Assembly: GCA_964553045.1 (NCBI GenBank)
Contig: CAZKJG010000008.1
Coordinates: 27,465-91,464, forward strand
DNA: 64,000 nucleotides
Direction: 5' to 3'
Origin: an uncultured bacterium
GTDB lineage: Bacteria; Fermentibacterota; Fermentibacteria; Fermentibacterales; JCC-6
Position numbers and translations under genes: made by a program
The notes under the pieces: generated by a model
Told to the model about the DNA's origin: nothing
The model's input: the letters and a program-made list of their open reading frames with translations, nothing else
Database searches by the model: none
Shown here: in pieces, positions 25,554 to 35,851 of the stretch
How the letters are laid out: each line of letters opens with the position of its first letter
How positions within the stretch are numbered: position 1 is the first letter of the stretch

Positions 25554-26219
25554 TTGGGTCAGAAGACAAATCCTGTCGGTTTCAGGCTCGGTGTAAGCCG
25601 GGACTGGGATTCGGCCTGGTTCGCGCGCGGAAAGAACTTTGCGGAGTACCTCCAGGAAGACATGATGATCCGCAACTACATCCGCACAAAGATGGACCGC
25701 GCGCAGATCTCGAGGATACAGATAGAGCGCAAGCGCCAGGAGCTGAACCTGACGGTGAACACCGCCAGGGCCGGACTGGTGATCGGTACCCGCGGGTCCA
25801 CCATCGACAAGCTCACCAAGGAGCTGAAGATCCTCACCGGCGGCAAGTCGGTGCGGATAACGGTGGAGGAGGTCCGCAGGCCCGAGCTGGACGCCATACT
25901 GGTGGCCGAGAACATAGCCAGGCAGATCGAGAAGAGGATCTCCGTGAGGCGCGCCATGAAGAGGGCCATGAGCGATGCGATGCGGGCCGGTGCCGAAGGC
26001 ATCAGGATCTGCTGCGCGGGCAGGCTCGGCGGCGCCGAGATGCGCAGGGTGAACCAGTACGCCGATGGAAAGGTGCCCCTGCACACCCTGCGGGCGGAGA
26101 TAGACTTCGCCAGGCATACGGCCAAGACCACCTACGGGACCATCGGCGTCAAGGTCTGGATCTCCCATGGAGAGCAGCTGGGGGAGCAGGAGGGCGTCTC
26201 CAGAGAGGTTGGCGGGTGA
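25554..26219 (+). CDS. rpsC: 30S ribosomal protein S3
   Basis: TTG start; GQKTNPVGFRLGVSRDWDSAWFA..., KH domain. Confidence 0.95.
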   Translation: MGQKTNPVGFRLGVSRDWDSAWFARGKNFAEYLQEDMMIRNYIRTKMDRAQISRIQIERKRQELNLTVNTARAGLVIGTRGSTIDKLTKELKILTGGKSVRITVEEVRRPELDAILVAENIARQIEKRISVRRAMKRAMSDAMRAGAEGIRICCAGRLGGAEMRRVNQYADGKVPLHTLRAEIDFARHTAKTTYGTIGVKVWISHGEQLGEQEGVSREVGG

Positions 26220-26225
26220 TCGGGC

Positions 26226-26648
26226 ATGTTGCAGCCTAAGAGTACGAAGTACAGGAAGCAGCACCGCGGCCGGATGAGGGGCCGGGCCAAGGGGGGCGAC
26301 ACCGTCGCCTTCGGAGAGTACGGCCTTCAGGCCATGAAGTCCGGCTGGGTGAGCAGCAACCAGATAGAGGCCGCCCGCGTAGCCATCACCAGGAACATCA
26401 AGCGCGGCGGCAAGGTCTGGGTGAGGATCTTCCCGGACAAGCCGGTTACCTCCACCCCCGCCGAGACCCGCATGGGAAAGGGCAAGGGCGCCGTGGAGGA
26501 GTGGGTGGCTCCGGTAAAGCCCGGCCGCGTGATGTTCGAGCTGGAGGGCGTCAGGCCCCAGAAGGCTCGTGAGGCCCTTCGGCTGGCCGGCCACAAGCTC
26601 CCCATCCCCACCCGGATGGTATACAGGGACAGGGAGGCTGTGGAATGA
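26226..26648 (+). CDS. rplP: 50S ribosomal protein L16
   Basis: [24 protein letters not shown]... Confidence 0.95.
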   Translation: MLQPKSTKYRKQHRGRMRGRAKGGDTVAFGEYGLQAMKSGWVSSNQIEAARVAITRNIKRGGKVWVRIFPDKPVTSTPAETRMGKGKGAVEEWVAPVKPGRVMFELEGVRPQKAREALRLAGHKLPIPTRMVYRDREAVE

Positions 26649-26869
26649 AGGCCCACGAGATGAGAACCATGACCCGCGAGGAGCTGGAGGAGCATGTGCG
26701 GGACCTGCGGGAGGAACTTTTCAACCTGCGGTTCCGGAGGGCCACCCAGCATCTGGACAACCCGCTTCGGATGAGAGCGGCCCGAAGGGAGCTGGCCAGG
26801 ACCCTCACGGTTCTGAAGGAGACGGAGCCGGTATCGGAGACGACCGCGGTTCCTGAGGGAAGGGAGTAG
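26645..26869 (+). CDS. rpmC: 50S ribosomal protein L29
   Basis: ATG overlaps the rplP stop (ATGA). [35 protein letters not shown]. Confidence 0.9.
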   Translation: MKAHEMRTMTREELEEHVRDLREELFNLRFRRATQHLDNPLRMRAARRELARTLTVLKETEPVSETTAVPEGRE

Positions 26870-26872
26870 ACG

Positions 26873-27136
26873 ATGGCGGAGACAAGGGCACAGAAGCGTC
26901 AGGTGCTCCGGGGGACCGTAGTCTCCACCGCCATGGACAAGACCGCGGTGGTGGAGGTTACCATCCTCAATGCCCATCCCGTTTACAAGAAGCGTTACCG
27001 GACCACCAAGAGATACTACGCGCACGATGAGAACAACGAGTGCCAGGTCGGGGACATAATCCGCATAGCGGAGAGCCGGCCTCTCTCGAAGAAGAAGCGC
27101 TGGCGTCTGCTGGAAGTGATCGAGAAGGCGCGGTAA
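26873..27136 (+). CDS. rpsQ: 30S ribosomal protein S17
   Basis: [29 protein letters not shown]... Confidence 0.93.
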   Translation: MAETRAQKRQVLRGTVVSTAMDKTAVVEVTILNAHPVYKKRYRTTKRYYAHDENNECQVGDIIRIAESRPLSKKKRWRLLEVIEKAR

Positions 27137-27148
27137 GAGGAGCGAGCG

Positions 27149-27514
27149 ATGATCCAGAAGGAATCCAAGCTTAACGTTGCCGACAATTCCGGCGCCCGCC
27201 TCGTCCAGTGCATCAAGGTGCTAGGCGGAAGCAAGAGGCGCTACGCCAGGATAGGCGATGAGATAGTGGTCACCGTCAAGGAGGCCATTCCCAACGGGAC
27301 GGTGAAGAAGAGCGAGGTCCGCCGCGCCGTAGTGGTGAGGACCCGCAAGGAGCTGCACCGCGGTGACGGCTCCTCGGTGCGGTTCGACGACAATGCGGTG
27401 GTGATACTGGACGATCTCTTCCAGCCGGTGGCGACCAGGATCTTCGGCCCGGTGGGCCGGGAGCTCCGGGATCACTACATGAAGATCATATCACTGGCAC
27501 CGGAGGTGATCTGA
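27149..27514 (+). CDS. rplN: 50S ribosomal protein L14
   Basis: [44 protein letters not shown]. Confidence 0.96.
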   Translation: MIQKESKLNVADNSGARLVQCIKVLGGSKRRYARIGDEIVVTVKEAIPNGTVKKSEVRRAVVVRTRKELHRGDGSSVRFDDNAVVILDDLFQPVATRIFGPVGRELRDHYMKIISLAPEVI

Positions 27515-27831
27515 TGCACATTCGCAAGAACGACATGGTGAAGATCATCACCGGAGAGGACCGGGGCAAGACGGGCAAGGTTCTCAAGGTCTTTCCCAAG
27601 AGACAGAGGGCCATAGTGGAGGGGCTGAACTACATCTACCGCCACACCAGGCCTTCCCAGAAGAACCAGCAGGGGGGCATCATCGAGAAGGAGGCCCCCG
27701 TACATGTCTCCAACCTCAGGGTGGTCTGCCCGTCCTGCGGCGAGGCCGAGGGATATCGGCGGGTCCGCGAGGGCGACGGCAGCCTCAGGCGCGAGTGCAA
27801 GGCCTGCGGCGCGACCATCTCCGCTGGTTAG
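27514..27831 (+). CDS. rplX: 50S ribosomal protein L24 with a C-terminal CxxC...CxxC zinc-ribbon tail
   Basis: [27 protein letters not shown] (KOW), then ...[36 protein letters not shown]. Confidence 0.9.
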   Translation: MHIRKNDMVKIITGEDRGKTGKVLKVFPKRQRAIVEGLNYIYRHTRPSQKNQQGGIIEKEAPVHVSNLRVVCPSCGEAEGYRRVREGDGSLRRECKACGATISAG

Positions 27832-27845
27832 GAGGGTGCATTAAC

Positions 27846-28409
27846 GTGGCAGAGAACGTACCAAGGCTCAAGGGCATCTACCTCGACGAGGTGAGTGGAA
27901 AGCTGAAGGAGCGATTCGGCTACAGCAACTTCCACGAGGTTCCCAAGGTCGAGAAGGTGGTCGTGAACATGGGTCTCGGGCGCGAGGCGCTCGAGAACGC
28001 CAACAACATAAAGAACGCCGTCGAGCAGCTGGGGGAGATCACGGGCCAGAAGCCGGTGGTCTCCAGGGCCAGGAAGTCGGTGGCCGCTTTCAGGTTGCGC
28101 GAGAACAGCCCGGTGGGCATCTTCGTTACCCTGCGGCAGGCTCGCATGTGGGAGTTCCTCGACAGGCTGGTCGGCTTTTCCCTTCCGCAGGTACGCGACT
28201 TCCGGGGCCTGTCTCCCAAGGGTTTCGACGGCCGCGGCAACTACAACTTCGGCCTGGAAGAGCAGGCGATGTTTCCGGAGATCAACGTTGACCGAATAGA
28301 CAAGTTCAGGGGAATGAACGTGACGATCGTAACGAGCGCGGAGACCGACGAGGAGGGCATGGAGCTGCTCAGCCAGCTCGGCATGCCCTTCAGGCGGCCT
28401 GGGCGCTAG
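27846..28409 (+). CDS. rplE: 50S ribosomal protein L5
   Basis: GTG start 7 nt after [54 protein letters not shown]. Confidence 0.92.
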   Translation: MAENVPRLKGIYLDEVSGKLKERFGYSNFHEVPKVEKVVVNMGLGREALENANNIKNAVEQLGEITGQKPVVSRARKSVAAFRLRENSPVGIFVTLRQARMWEFLDRLVGFSLPQVRDFRGLSPKGFDGRGNYNFGLEEQAMFPEINVDRIDKFRGMNVTIVTSAETDEEGMELLSQLGMPFRRPGR

Positions 28410-28423
28410 CAGGGGGACGTAGC

Positions 28424-28609
28424 TTGGCTAGAAAGTGTCTGATAGAGAAGCAGAAGAAAGAGCCAAAGTTCAAGGTCCGCAAGTACAATCGCTGTGCTAT
28501 CTGCGGACGTCCCCGCGGATACCTTCGCAAGTTCGGCATATGCCGCATCTGCTTCCGGGATCTGGCCAACAGGGGCCTGATCCCCGGAGTGCGCAAGGCC
28601 AGCTGGTAA
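28424..28609 (+). CDS. rpsZ: 30S ribosomal protein S14 type Z (zinc-binding)
   Basis: 61 aa; [45 protein letters not shown]. Confidence 0.94.
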   Translation: MARKCLIEKQKKEPKFKVRKYNRCAICGRPRGYLRKFGICRICFRDLANRGLIPGVRKASW

Positions 28610-28621
28610 GGGGGCTGAGTA

Positions 28622-29017
28622 ATGTCGATGACGGATCCGATTGCCGACATGCTCACGAGGCTTCGCAACGCCTCCGGGGCCGAGAAGAAGATGGTGGACG
28701 TTCCGGCGTCCAACATCAAGACCGGCATAGCGAAAGCCCTGTACGACAGGGGTTTCATCCGCGGGTTCAGGAAGCTGGAAGACGGGCGCCAGGGGATCCT
28801 CAGGATCTACCTGGCCTATCGCAACGGACAGTCGCTGATAGTGGGGCTGAAAAGGATCTCCAAACCCGGCTGCAGGGTCTACACCGGCGTCAGGGACATA
28901 CCCAGGGTGATGGGCGGCAAGGGCATTGCCCTTCTCACCACACCAAGGGGAGTTCTCACCGACGCCGAGGCCCGCGAGGAGAACGTCGGCGGCGAGGTCC
29001 TGTTCCACATCTGGTAG
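28622..29017 (+). CDS. rpsH: 30S ribosomal protein S8
   Basis: MSMTDPIADMLTRLRNASGAEKKMVDVPASNIK... Confidence 0.95.
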   Translation: MSMTDPIADMLTRLRNASGAEKKMVDVPASNIKTGIAKALYDRGFIRGFRKLEDGRQGILRIYLAYRNGQSLIVGLKRISKPGCRVYTGVRDIPRVMGGKGIALLTTPRGVLTDAEAREENVGGEVLFHIW

Positions 29018-29031
29018 GAGGTTGAGCGGGC

Positions 29032-29580
29032 ATGTCGCGCATAGGCAACCACCCGGTGATTCTCCCGGACAAGGTAACCGTCGATGTAAAGGACGGTGCC
29101 GTCACGGTGAAGGGACCCAGGGGCGAGCTCTGCATAGACCTCCCCGAGGGCATCACCACCGAGGCGGGTGAGGGCACGCTGCTGCTCAACCGGAGGGACG
29201 ACTCACGGGATATGAGGAGATTCCACGGCACGTTCAAGCGGCACGTGGAGAACATGGTGACCGGAGTGAGCGAGGGTCACCGCAAAGAGCTTGTCGCCAG
29301 TGGAAAGGGCTATCAGGCGGAGGTGAAGGGCAAGGTCGTGGAGATGCAGGTCGGCTTCTCGCACAAGGTGCTGGCCGAGATCCCCGAGGGCCTGAGCGTG
29401 GAGGTCGCGCCGGGCCAGAACACCTTTACCCTGAAGATAGAGGGCATCGACAAGCACCTGGTGGGGGCCTTTGCCTCTACGCTGTACGGGATCCGGCCGG
29501 TGGAGCCGTACAACATGATCGGTTTCCGTTACTCCGATCAGCACGTCAAGCGCAAGGCCGCCAAGGTCGCGACCACATAG
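29032..29580 (+). CDS. rplF: 50S ribosomal protein L6
   Basis: [33 protein letters not shown]... Confidence 0.95.
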   Translation: MSRIGNHPVILPDKVTVDVKDGAVTVKGPRGELCIDLPEGITTEAGEGTLLLNRRDDSRDMRRFHGTFKRHVENMVTGVSEGHRKELVASGKGYQAEVKGKVVEMQVGFSHKVLAEIPEGLSVEVAPGQNTFTLKIEGIDKHLVGAFASTLYGIRPVEPYNMIGFRYSDQHVKRKAAKVATT

Positions 29581-29594
29581 AGAGGAGGAGCCCC

Positions 29595-29957
29595 ATGGCA
29601 GGCAAGGACAGGAAGAGGAGTCTCCTTCGCCGCCACCGGCGGATACGCAAGCGGATAACGGGGACCCCCGAGAGGCCCAGGCTCTTCGTGCGCAGGTCCA
29701 ACAGGAACCTGCAGGCCAGCCTGATAGACGATCTGGCGGGAAGAACTCTTCTCACCCTCACCACCGCCAGTCGGGAGTTCGGGAGCGACGAAGCCGAAGA
29801 CAAGAAGACCCAGGCCGGAAGGCTCGGCGCCCTCATGGCCGAGAAGGCAAGGGAGAAGGGCATCGAGAAGGTCGTCTTCGACAGGGGCGGCCATCCCTAT
29901 CATGGACGGGTCAGGGTCTTCGCCGAGAAGGCGCGCGAAGGCGGATTGAAGTTCTAG
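29595..29957 (+). CDS. rplR: 50S ribosomal protein L18
   Basis: ...[20 protein letters not shown]...[28 protein letters not shown]. Confidence 0.94.
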   Translation: MAGKDRKRSLLRRHRRIRKRITGTPERPRLFVRRSNRNLQASLIDDLAGRTLLTLTTASREFGSDEAEDKKTQAGRLGALMAEKAREKGIEKVVFDRGGHPYHGRVRVFAEKAREGGLKF

Positions 29958-29972
29958 AAGGGCGGTTGGCAG

Positions 29973-30515
29973 TTGGCTAGGGACGACAGAAGGAAGAGGT
30001 CCAAAAGGAAGAGAAGGCCCTCTCCCCTGGAGGAAGAGGGGCTGATGGACCGCCTTATCACCATCAACAGGGTGGCCAAGGTCACCAAGGGCGGCAGGAC
30101 CTTCGGCTTCAACGCCATAGTCGCCGTTGGCGACGGCAAGGGCAAGGTCGGAGTGGGCCTGGGAAAGGCCGGCGAGCTGCCCGAGTCCATCAGGAAGGGC
30201 ACCGAGCAGGCGAAGAAGAACATGATGAGCATCCCGCTTGTTGAGGACAGGACCATATCGCACAAGGTCGTAGGCCGTTTCGGTGCCGGCAAGGTCCTGC
30301 TCCGGCCGGCCAGCCCGGGAACCGGCGTCATCGCCGGGGCACCTGTGCGGGCGGTCATGGAGTGCGCGGGGATAAAGGACGTTCTCACCAAGTCGCAGGG
30401 GAGCAACAACCCGCACAACGTGGTCAAGGCCACGATGGCGGGCCTCCGGGACCTGCTGCTGATAGACCGAGTTCACGGCATCAGGGAGAGAGAGGCCGCC
30501 AGGAGGCAGCAGTGA
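29973..30515 (+). CDS. rpsE: 30S ribosomal protein S5 (basic N-terminal extension; start uncertain)
   Basis: TTG at 29973 taken as start; an internal ATG ([10 protein letters not shown]) is an alternative. [36 protein letters not shown]. Confidence 0.88.
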   Translation: MARDDRRKRSKRKRRPSPLEEEGLMDRLITINRVAKVTKGGRTFGFNAIVAVGDGKGKVGVGLGKAGELPESIRKGTEQAKKNMMSIPLVEDRTISHKVVGRFGAGKVLLRPASPGTGVIAGAPVRAVMECAGIKDVLTKSQGSNNPHNVVKATMAGLRDLLLIDRVHGIREREAARRQQ

Positions 30516-30516
30516 C

Positions 30517-30708
30517 ATGGCGCAGAAGAAGCTGAGGATACGACAGGTCCGGAGCGGCATCAAACGGCACCGGAGCCAGAAGAGGACCCTGGAGGCACTG
30601 GGTCTTCGCGGCATACGGCAGTCCGTGGTGCAGCCGGACAGACCCGAGATACGGGGCATGATAAGCAAGGTGACACACCTGGTAGAGGTAGAGGAGGTGG
30701 AGGCGTGA
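30517..30708 (+). CDS. rpmD: 50S ribosomal protein L30
   Basis: MAQKKLRIRQVRSGIKRHRSQKRTLEALGLRG. Confidence 0.92.
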   Translation: MAQKKLRIRQVRSGIKRHRSQKRTLEALGLRGIRQSVVQPDRPEIRGMISKVTHLVEVEEVEA

Positions 30709-31148
30709 GACGTCTGCAGCACCTCCGGCCGGCCAAGGGCGCCAAGAGGGATAAGACGCGCAAGGGCTGCGGAGGCGGCTCCGGCAGCGGCGGCACCGCC
30801 GGCAGAGGCCACAAGAAACAGAAGCACCGCAGCAAGATAAAGCCCTGGTTCGAGGGCGGACAGATGCCCATACAGAGGCGCCTTACCCACAAGGGCTTCA
30901 ACAACCGCAGGTTCGCCACCGAGTACCAGGTGGTGAACGTGGAGCTCCTCGACCGCTTCGAGGACGGCTCCGAGGTGGACCCCGCCGCCCTGAAGAAGGC
31001 GGGGCTGATCTCCTCGACCAACAGGCCGGTGAAGATCCTGGGACGGGGCGAGATCGAACGGGAGCTCAGCGTGAAGGCCCACAGGTTCAGCGCCAGGGCC
31101 AGGAAACTGATAGAGAAGGCCGGAGGGAATGTAGAGGTGCTCGGCTGA
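30705..31148 (+). CDS. rplO: 50S ribosomal protein L15
   Basis: GTG overlaps the rpmD stop. ...GGGSGSGGTAGRGHKKQKHRS... Confidence 0.93.
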   Translation: MRRLQHLRPAKGAKRDKTRKGCGGGSGSGGTAGRGHKKQKHRSKIKPWFEGGQMPIQRRLTHKGFNNRRFATEYQVVNVELLDRFEDGSEVDPAALKKAGLISSTNRPVKILGRGEIERELSVKAHRFSARARKLIEKAGGNVEVLG

Positions 31149-32455
31149 TGCGAGGCTTCCAGAACGTCATGAAGATCCCCGAGCTTCGCAAGAAGATCTT
31201 CTACACCTTCCTGCTGATCGCCGTCTACCGTGTCGGCGGGCACATAACGGTACCCGGCATCGACACCGCGGCCCTGCAGGACGCCTTCAGCGGATCCGGC
31301 GGGCTGATGGGCATGTACGACCTCTTCGTGGGCGGAGCCCTCAGGAGGGCCAGCATATTCGCGCTGGGCATCATGCCCTACATCTCATCCTCCATCATCA
31401 TCCAGCTGCTCACCTCCGTGGTGCCCTACTTCGAGCGGCTGAAGAAGGAGGGCGAGGCCGGACGCCAGAAGATGACGGAGATAACCCGGTACGGCACCGT
31501 GCTGCTGGCCTTTATCCAGGGCCTGGGCATCTCCCAGTACCTGATCGGGCTGAACAGCCAGGTTCCGGGCAACGTGGTTCCCAGCTCGGGGATCGGCTTC
31601 ACCGCCCAGACGGTGCTTACGCTGATCACGGGAACGATCTTCGTTATGTGGCTGGGTGAGCGTATCACCGAGCGCGGCATCGGCAACGGTATAAGCCTGA
31701 TAATCTTCGCCGGCATAGTGGGACGGCTTCCCGGGGCCATGCAGTCGCTCGTAAGGGACGTCTTCGTCCTGCAGCAGACGTCGCTGATCAACGCCGTCTT
31801 CATGCTGGCGTTCATGTTCGCGGTGGTGGCCTTCGTGGTGCTGATGACGGAGGCGCAAAGGCGCATTCCCGTCACCTACGCCAAGCAGGTCCGCGGCCGC
31901 AAGGTCTACGGCGGCCAGAGCACCCACATACCGCTGCGGCTCAACACCGCCGGCGTGATCCCCGTGATCTTCGCCCAGGCCTTCATGATGTTCCCCAGCA
32001 GCATCGCCATGTTCTTTCCCAACTCGGGGATAGACGAGTGGGTCAGGAGCTTCCTGGCTCCCGGCAGCGCTCTGTACATGTTCATCTACGCCGGGCTGAT
32101 CATCCTGTTCGCATACGTCTACACGGCCATCACCTTCAATCCCCAGGACCTGGCTGACAACATGAAGAAGTACGGCGGGTTCATCCCCGGCCGCAAGCCG
32201 GGCAAGAGCACGGCGCAGTACATAGAGAAGGTGCTGGTCAGGGTCACGCTACCGGGCGCCATATTCCTGGCGGGAATAGCCGTGATGCCCATGATCATCT
32301 CGGCCCAGACCGGCATGAACTTCGCCTTCGGCGGCACCAGCCTGCTGATCGTGGTGGGCGTGGCGCTGGAGACCCTCCGTCAGATCGAGACGCACCTCAT
32401 GATGCGTCACTACGACGGCTTCCTGGCAAAGGGAAGGATACGGGGAAGGCGATGA
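31148..32455 (+). CDS. secY: Preprotein translocase subunit SecY
   Basis: 435 aa, 10 TM segments; ...ALGIMPYISSSIIIQLLT... Confidence 0.96.
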   Translation: MRGFQNVMKIPELRKKIFYTFLLIAVYRVGGHITVPGIDTAALQDAFSGSGGLMGMYDLFVGGALRRASIFALGIMPYISSSIIIQLLTSVVPYFERLKKEGEAGRQKMTEITRYGTVLLAFIQGLGISQYLIGLNSQVPGNVVPSSGIGFTAQTVLTLITGTIFVMWLGERITERGIGNGISLIIFAGIVGRLPGAMQSLVRDVFVLQQTSLINAVFMLAFMFAVVAFVVLMTEAQRRIPVTYAKQVRGRKVYGGQSTHIPLRLNTAGVIPVIFAQAFMMFPSSIAMFFPNSGIDEWVRSFLAPGSALYMFIYAGLIILFAYVYTAITFNPQDLADNMKKYGGFIPGRKPGKSTAQYIEKVLVRVTLPGAIFLAGIAVMPMIISAQTGMNFAFGGTSLLIVVGVALETLRQIETHLMMRHYDGFLAKGRIRGRR

Positions 32456-33093
32456 GGCTGATCTTCCTCGGGCCGCCGGGGTCGGGAAAGGGAACCCAGG
32501 CCGAGCGGCTGTGCCGCCGCATGGACCTGATCCATCTCTCCACCGGTGACATTCTGCGCGAGGAGGTAAGGGGGGACACCGAGCTGGGCCGCAGGGTCCG
32601 CTCCATAATGGAGGCCGGCGACCTGGTGAGCGACGAGATCGTCAACCGGCTGGTCTTCGGCAGGATAGAGAAGCTGGACAGCTTCCTCCTGGACGGCTAC
32701 CCGCGGAACCTGGGTCAGGCTCGAAAGCTGGACGCCTTCACCGCGAAGGTGGGCAAGCCCATGGACGCCGTGGTCCTGCTGGAAGTGCCCGACGACGAGG
32801 TGGTCCGCAGGATATCCAGCCGGGTGACCTGCCCGGAGTGCGGCTGGGTGGGATCGGGTAGCGAGCTCTCGCCGGGCGATCCGTGCCCGGAATGCGGAGC
32901 CCGCCTGGCGCAGCGGGAGGACGACGTGCCGGAGGCGGTGCGGAACCGCCTGGCGAAGTACCACGATCAGACCTCGCCGCTGATCGAACACTACCAGGAA
33001 AGCCTGATCAGGGTGGATGGCGTGGGAACGGTTGAAGATGTGAACCGGCGGATAGAGGGCGCCCTCCGGAAGGACGGGGTGGGGCCCAGATGA
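32452..33093 (+). CDS. adk: Adenylate kinase (zinc-lid type)
   Basis: MRLIFLGPPGSGKGTQA...; lid with CPECG...CPECG. Confidence 0.96.
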   Translation: MRLIFLGPPGSGKGTQAERLCRRMDLIHLSTGDILREEVRGDTELGRRVRSIMEAGDLVSDEIVNRLVFGRIEKLDSFLLDGYPRNLGQARKLDAFTAKVGKPMDAVVLLEVPDDEVVRRISSRVTCPECGWVGSGSELSPGDPCPECGARLAQREDDVPEAVRNRLAKYHDQTSPLIEHYQESLIRVDGVGTVEDVNRRIEGALRKDGVGPR

Positions 33094-33142
33094 GCGCCAC
33101 CGGCGGTCGGGTGTTTCCGACGCCCGGCCCTGAATCGCTGTT

Positions 33143-33180
33143 GTTGACTGTCTGCCATAGATTTCAAATACTAGGCGTTC
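33143..33180 (+). promoter_or_regulatory. Candidate internal sigma70-like promoter for infA
   Basis: AT-rich island in GC-rich DNA: TTGACT-17nt-AATACT, about 30 nt upstream of the infA RBS. Confidence 0.3.
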
Positions 33181-33210
33181 TATTACCGAAGGAAAGTGAG
33201 GGCTGGGCAA

Positions 33211-33435
33211 GTGGCTAAGGAGCAGGGTGTTGTCGTTGATGGAACGGTCGAGGAGACTCTACCCAACAGCATGTGCAGGGTGAAGCTCGACAAGCCCGAA
33301 GGTTGCGTAGCCCTGTGCCACATATCCGGCAAGATGAGGATGAACTACATCCGGATACTGACCGGCGACAGGGTTACGGTGGAGCTCTCTCCATACGACC
33401 TGACCAGGGGCCGGATCATCTACCGGTACAAGTAA
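33211..33435 (+). CDS. infA: Translation initiation factor IF-1
   Basis: GTG start (upstream in-frame GTG at 33196 also possible). [26 protein letters not shown]...[37 protein letters not shown]. Confidence 0.92.
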   Translation: MAKEQGVVVDGTVEETLPNSMCRVKLDKPEGCVALCHISGKMRMNYIRILTGDRVTVELSPYDLTRGRIIYRYK

Positions 33436-33446
33436 GGAACAGACAG

Positions 33447-33563
33447 ATGAAGGTACGCAGCTCCGTAAAGAAGATCTGTGAGTACTGCCGCATTGTCAGG
33501 CGGGGCGGGAAGGTCTTCGTGATCTGCCCGAGAAACCCCCGCCACAAGCAGCGGCAGGGATAG
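33447..33563 (+). CDS. rpmJ: 50S ribosomal protein L36
   Basis: Below the ORF-track cutoff. [38 protein letters not shown]. Confidence 0.92.
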   Translation: MKVRSSVKKICEYCRIVRRGGKVFVICPRNPRHKQRQG

Positions 33564-33592
33564 AGAAGCAGCGCGAAGCTCGGAGGTAAGAA

Positions 33593-33958
33593 GTGGCAAG
33601 AATCGCTGGTGTGGACCTTCCCCGGAACAAGGATGTGCTCTACGCGCTGCCCTACATCTACGGCATCGGCCTCACATCCGCCAGGGAGATAATCGAGAAG
33701 ACGGGGATTCCCGCGGACAAGAAGACCGACGACCTGACCGAGAGCGACGTGGCCTCGCTGCGAAAGGTCATCGACGAGGACTACACGGTCGAGGGTGCGC
33801 TCAGGGCGGAGATAAACATGGACCGCAAGCGGCTGATGGACATCGGCTGCTACCGGGGCCTGCGCCATCGGCGCGGACTTCCGGTGCGGGGTCAGCGCAC
33901 GCACACGAACGCCAGGACGAGAAAGGGCCCTAAGGTAGGGCATACGAGAAAAAGGTAA
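33593..33958 (+). CDS. rpsM: 30S ribosomal protein S13
   Basis: GTG start; [32 protein letters not shown]... Confidence 0.95.
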   Translation: MARIAGVDLPRNKDVLYALPYIYGIGLTSAREIIEKTGIPADKKTDDLTESDVASLRKVIDEDYTVEGALRAEINMDRKRLMDIGCYRGLRHRRGLPVRGQRTHTNARTRKGPKVGHTRKR

Positions 33959-33981
33959 TCTGAGGACAGGAGGAGCACGCT

Positions 33982-34392
33982 TTGCCTAAGGGAAAGGCCA
34001 GGGGCCGGTCTGCGGGCCGGGCCAGGAAGAAGAAGAAAAGGGTCTCCGACGCGAACGGCATAGCGCACGTGAAGTCGTCCTTCAACAACACCACCATAAC
34101 CATGACCACGTCCGGTGGTGACGTGATAACCTGGGCCAGCGGCGGCACCACCGGCGTGAAGGGCACCAGGAAGGGCACGGCTTTCGCGTCCAGCCAGGCC
34201 GCGGTACAGGCGGCCGAGAAGGCGATGGAGGCAGGGATCAAGAAGGTGGAGATCTGGGTCCGCGGGCCGGGCTCCGGCCGCGAGGCCGCGGTGCGGGCGC
34301 TGCAGTCCACGAATCTGGAGATCACCGGAATCAAGGACATAACCAAGGTTCCCCACAACGGCTGCAGACCGCCGAAGCGCCGCCGGATGTAG
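33982..34392 (+). CDS. rpsK: 30S ribosomal protein S11
   Basis: Track coordinates used. (M)PKGKARGRSAGRARKKKKRVSDANGIAHVKSSFNNTTITMTT.... Confidence 0.93.
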   Translation: MPKGKARGRSAGRARKKKKRVSDANGIAHVKSSFNNTTITMTTSGGDVITWASGGTTGVKGTRKGTAFASSQAAVQAAEKAMEAGIKKVEIWVRGPGSGREAAVRALQSTNLEITGIKDITKVPHNGCRPPKRRRM

Positions 34393-34464
34393 CGGCCAGG
34401 GAAAGCGAAGCTCTCCTGCAAAGGTAATCGAAAGAGGTTTCAACAAGCCGGTCGGGGGGACCAG

Positions 34465-35433
34465 ATGGAATTCAGAAGGCTGTATCTGCCGGACATCATC
34501 GAGTGGGACGAGGAGCATACCACCGATACCTTCGGCAGGCTGGAGGTAACGCCCCTCGAGAGGGGCTTCGGGCGAACCCTGGGCACCGCTCTCAGGCGGG
34601 TGCTCCTCTCCTCCATAGAGGGTTCGGCCCCGGTGGCCATCAGGATCGAGGGAGTGAAGCACGAGTTCACCGGCCTGGACGGCGTGGTGGAGGACGTCCC
34701 GGAGATCATCCTCAACGTGAAGAGCCTGGGCATAAGGCACCGGGGCGAGGAGCCCGGCATCCTCAGGGCCGACGTGCAGGGCCCCGCCGAGGTGAAGGCC
34801 GGCGACCTGGAGGGTGACGACTTCCTGGAGATCGCGGACGCCGACGACCCGGTGGCGCAGGTCACCGAGGGCGGAAGCCTCAGAATGGAGATAGAGATCC
34901 AGAGGGGCAAGGGCTACGTAACCGCCGACGAGTGGCGGGAGAGCCGGGAGGAGGAGATCGGCAACATCCTGCTGGACTCCTGGTTCGGTCCCGTCCAGAA
35001 GGTGAATTTCGAGGTGGACAGCGCCCGCGTGGGCGACAAGACCGACTACGACAAGCTGACCATGGAGGTCAGGACCGACGGAAGCATCACGCCCAGGGAC
35101 GCGGTCAGAAAAGCCTGCGAGATACTCATCCGCCACATGGAGCTGATCGTCACCGGCCGCTCCCCCGAGGAGGAGGCCGAGGAGGGCGAAGAGGCCGAGG
35201 AGATGCAGGAGGCCGAGGAGGGCCCCGCCGAGGCGGAGGACATCCCCCTCAAGGAGACCAAGCTCTCCCCCAGGCTGGTGAACTGCCTGGCGGCCTCGGA
35301 CGTTACGAGCCTGCCCCAGCTGGTTTCCATGACGGAGAGCGACCTTCTCTCCGTCCGCAACTTCGGGCAGGCCTCGCTGAAGAAGGTCAAGGACATGCTG
35401 GACTCCCGGGGCCTTACGCTGGCCGGGGAGTAA
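34465..35433 (+). CDS. rpoA: DNA-directed RNA polymerase alpha subunit
   Basis: 322 aa; ...LGTALRRVLLSSIEGSAPVAIRIEGVKHEF...; C-terminal CTD with an acidic linker. Confidence 0.96.
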   Translation: MEFRRLYLPDIIEWDEEHTTDTFGRLEVTPLERGFGRTLGTALRRVLLSSIEGSAPVAIRIEGVKHEFTGLDGVVEDVPEIILNVKSLGIRHRGEEPGILRADVQGPAEVKAGDLEGDDFLEIADADDPVAQVTEGGSLRMEIEIQRGKGYVTADEWRESREEEIGNILLDSWFGPVQKVNFEVDSARVGDKTDYDKLTMEVRTDGSITPRDAVRKACEILIRHMELIVTGRSPEEEAEEGEEAEEMQEAEEGPAEAEDIPLKETKLSPRLVNCLAASDVTSLPQLVSMTESDLLSVRNFGQASLKKVKDMLDSRGLTLAGE

Positions 35434-35460
35434 CCACAGGCGAATACACGGGAGAGAGCA

Positions 35461-35829
35461 ATGCGTCACAGGAAGACAACGCCGAAGCTCAGCCGGACCA
35501 GGGCCGAGCGCGAACGGCTGCTGCGGAACATGGTCACCTCGCTGGTCCTCGAGGAGAGGATCAGGACCAGCCTGGCCAAGGCCAAGGCCGCCCGCAGCCG
35601 GGCCGAGAGGGTCATAACCCGGGGCAAGAAGGACACCCTTCACGCCCGCCGGGAGGTGGCCAAGAAGGTCTACGGCAGCGAAGCCGTGCAGAAGATCTTC
35701 AACGAGCTGGGCCCCCGCTACCGCGACAGGCCCGGCGGCTACACCCGCATACTCAAGATGGGCAACCGCCACGGCGACGCCGCCGAGGAGTGCATACTGG
35801 AGCTGGTGGACTCGCCTTCCGGCGAGTAG
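35461..35829 (+). CDS. rplQ: 50S ribosomal protein L17
   Basis: MRHRKTTPKLSRTRAERERLLRNMVTSLVLEERIRTSLAKAKA. Confidence 0.94.
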   Translation: MRHRKTTPKLSRTRAERERLLRNMVTSLVLEERIRTSLAKAKAARSRAERVITRGKKDTLHARREVAKKVYGSEAVQKIFNELGPRYRDRPGGYTRILKMGNRHGDAAEECILELVDSPSGE

Positions 35830-35851
35830 CCGGCGGAGGGAAGAGCACCGG

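Noticed and set aside
33982-34020. Apparent 1-nt inconsistency between my hand count of the displayed rpsK start region (TTG seems to fall at 33983, and one G seems missing before 34021) and the ORF-track frame
   Set aside because: This is most likely my manual counting error at a line break. Flanking landmarks (rpsM stop 33958, rpoA ATG 34465) agree with the track, so I kept the track coordinates rather than calling a frameshift or pseudogene.
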